Assembly (NCBI RefSeq): GCF_041146345.1
Contig: NW_027191413.1
Span: 2,418,001-2,482,000 of the forward strand
Direction: 5' to 3'
DNA from: Neodothiora populina
Lineage: Eukaryota
DNA length: 64,000 bases
Both the position numbers and the translations under genes were made by a program. Of this stretch, positions 63,572 through 64,000 are shown in pieces; the stretch's first letter is position 1; every line of letters starts with the position of its first letter. The notes beneath the pieces were generated by a model, which saw only the letters and a list, made by a program, of their open reading frames with translations, searched no databases and was not told the origin of the DNA.

Positions 63572-63942
63572 TCATTTCTTTCCAGCAGCTGCTGCCTCGG
63601 CGGCCTTTCGTGCCTCAGCTATATTTGAACTTTTGATTAGCATACGCAAAACCCACGAAAAGGATGACAGCTAGACAGCAGGAAGAGAAGTCGTACCGGC
63701 AGCCTGCTTCTGACGCATGATCTCAGCCACGCTGTCCTTGTTCTTCATCATTTCGGATCCGGAAGCCTGATATCAGACAGAATCCGAATAAGTATTAATT
63801 CACAAGTCAACCCCAAGAGAGAGAGGGAGAAGAGAGCAGAGCCAGCACACGGCAGCATTTACACATGTGTGTGTTGTTCTCTCCCTTTACTCTCTTGGAT
63901 ACTGGGCAAAGAGGAGGTTCATCTCACGCTGTTTTTTGATTT
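63572..63942 (-). CDS. SERF/4F5 small EDRK-rich factor, 3' part (5' exon lies beyond the window)
   Basis: Exons KSKNS | ASGSEMMKNKDSVAEIMRQKQAA | AEARKAAEAAAAGKK*, flanked by GT-AG sites. Confidence 0.75.
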
Positions 63943-64000
63943 CTAGTTTCGTTCAAAGTCAGTGTCGCAGATCGCAGTTTTAAAGGCTCGCTTCTAGCAC

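Overview
Gene-dense, intron-rich genomic DNA from a filamentous ascomycete (Pezizomycotina). A Eurotiomycetes/black-yeast-like origin is my inference, not something the sequence shows directly. About 26 protein-coding genes can be reconstructed by splicing GT-AG introns with CTRAC branch points. They include an NGR1/NAM8-type RRM protein, TinA/Msd1, EsdC, Ies4, RanBP10/Gid1, an MFS transporter, a RING/coiled-coil protein (Zip3/RNF212-like), complex I 21.3 kDa subunit, Pof1-like NMNAT and Tctex-1. Also present are a GNAT, a GH5 hydrolase, a GDS1-like protein, a peroxisomal FAD oxidase, TBP, VTC1, sphingolipid delta-4 desaturase, MetAP2, a DnaJ protein, VDAC porin, asparagine synthetase, VAP/Scs2, a UBX protein, Nop15, SMN and a SERF/4F5 fragment. 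I recognised no tRNA, rRNA, CRISPR array or intact transposon. The most unusual locus is the VDAC gene: it has a duplicated N-terminal motif, a GC-AG intron and a 31-nt micro-exon. It also has a 270-nt stop-free in-frame intron with an internal in-frame acceptor and a 12-nt G-rich repeat, suggesting an alternative channel isoform. Other oddities are a frameshifted coiled-coil gene at ~28.28 kb, a decayed internally repeated orphan gene at 19.5-20.5 kb, and a stop-adjacent retainable intron in the RRM gene. All assignments come from reading the sequence by eye; no database searches were run.
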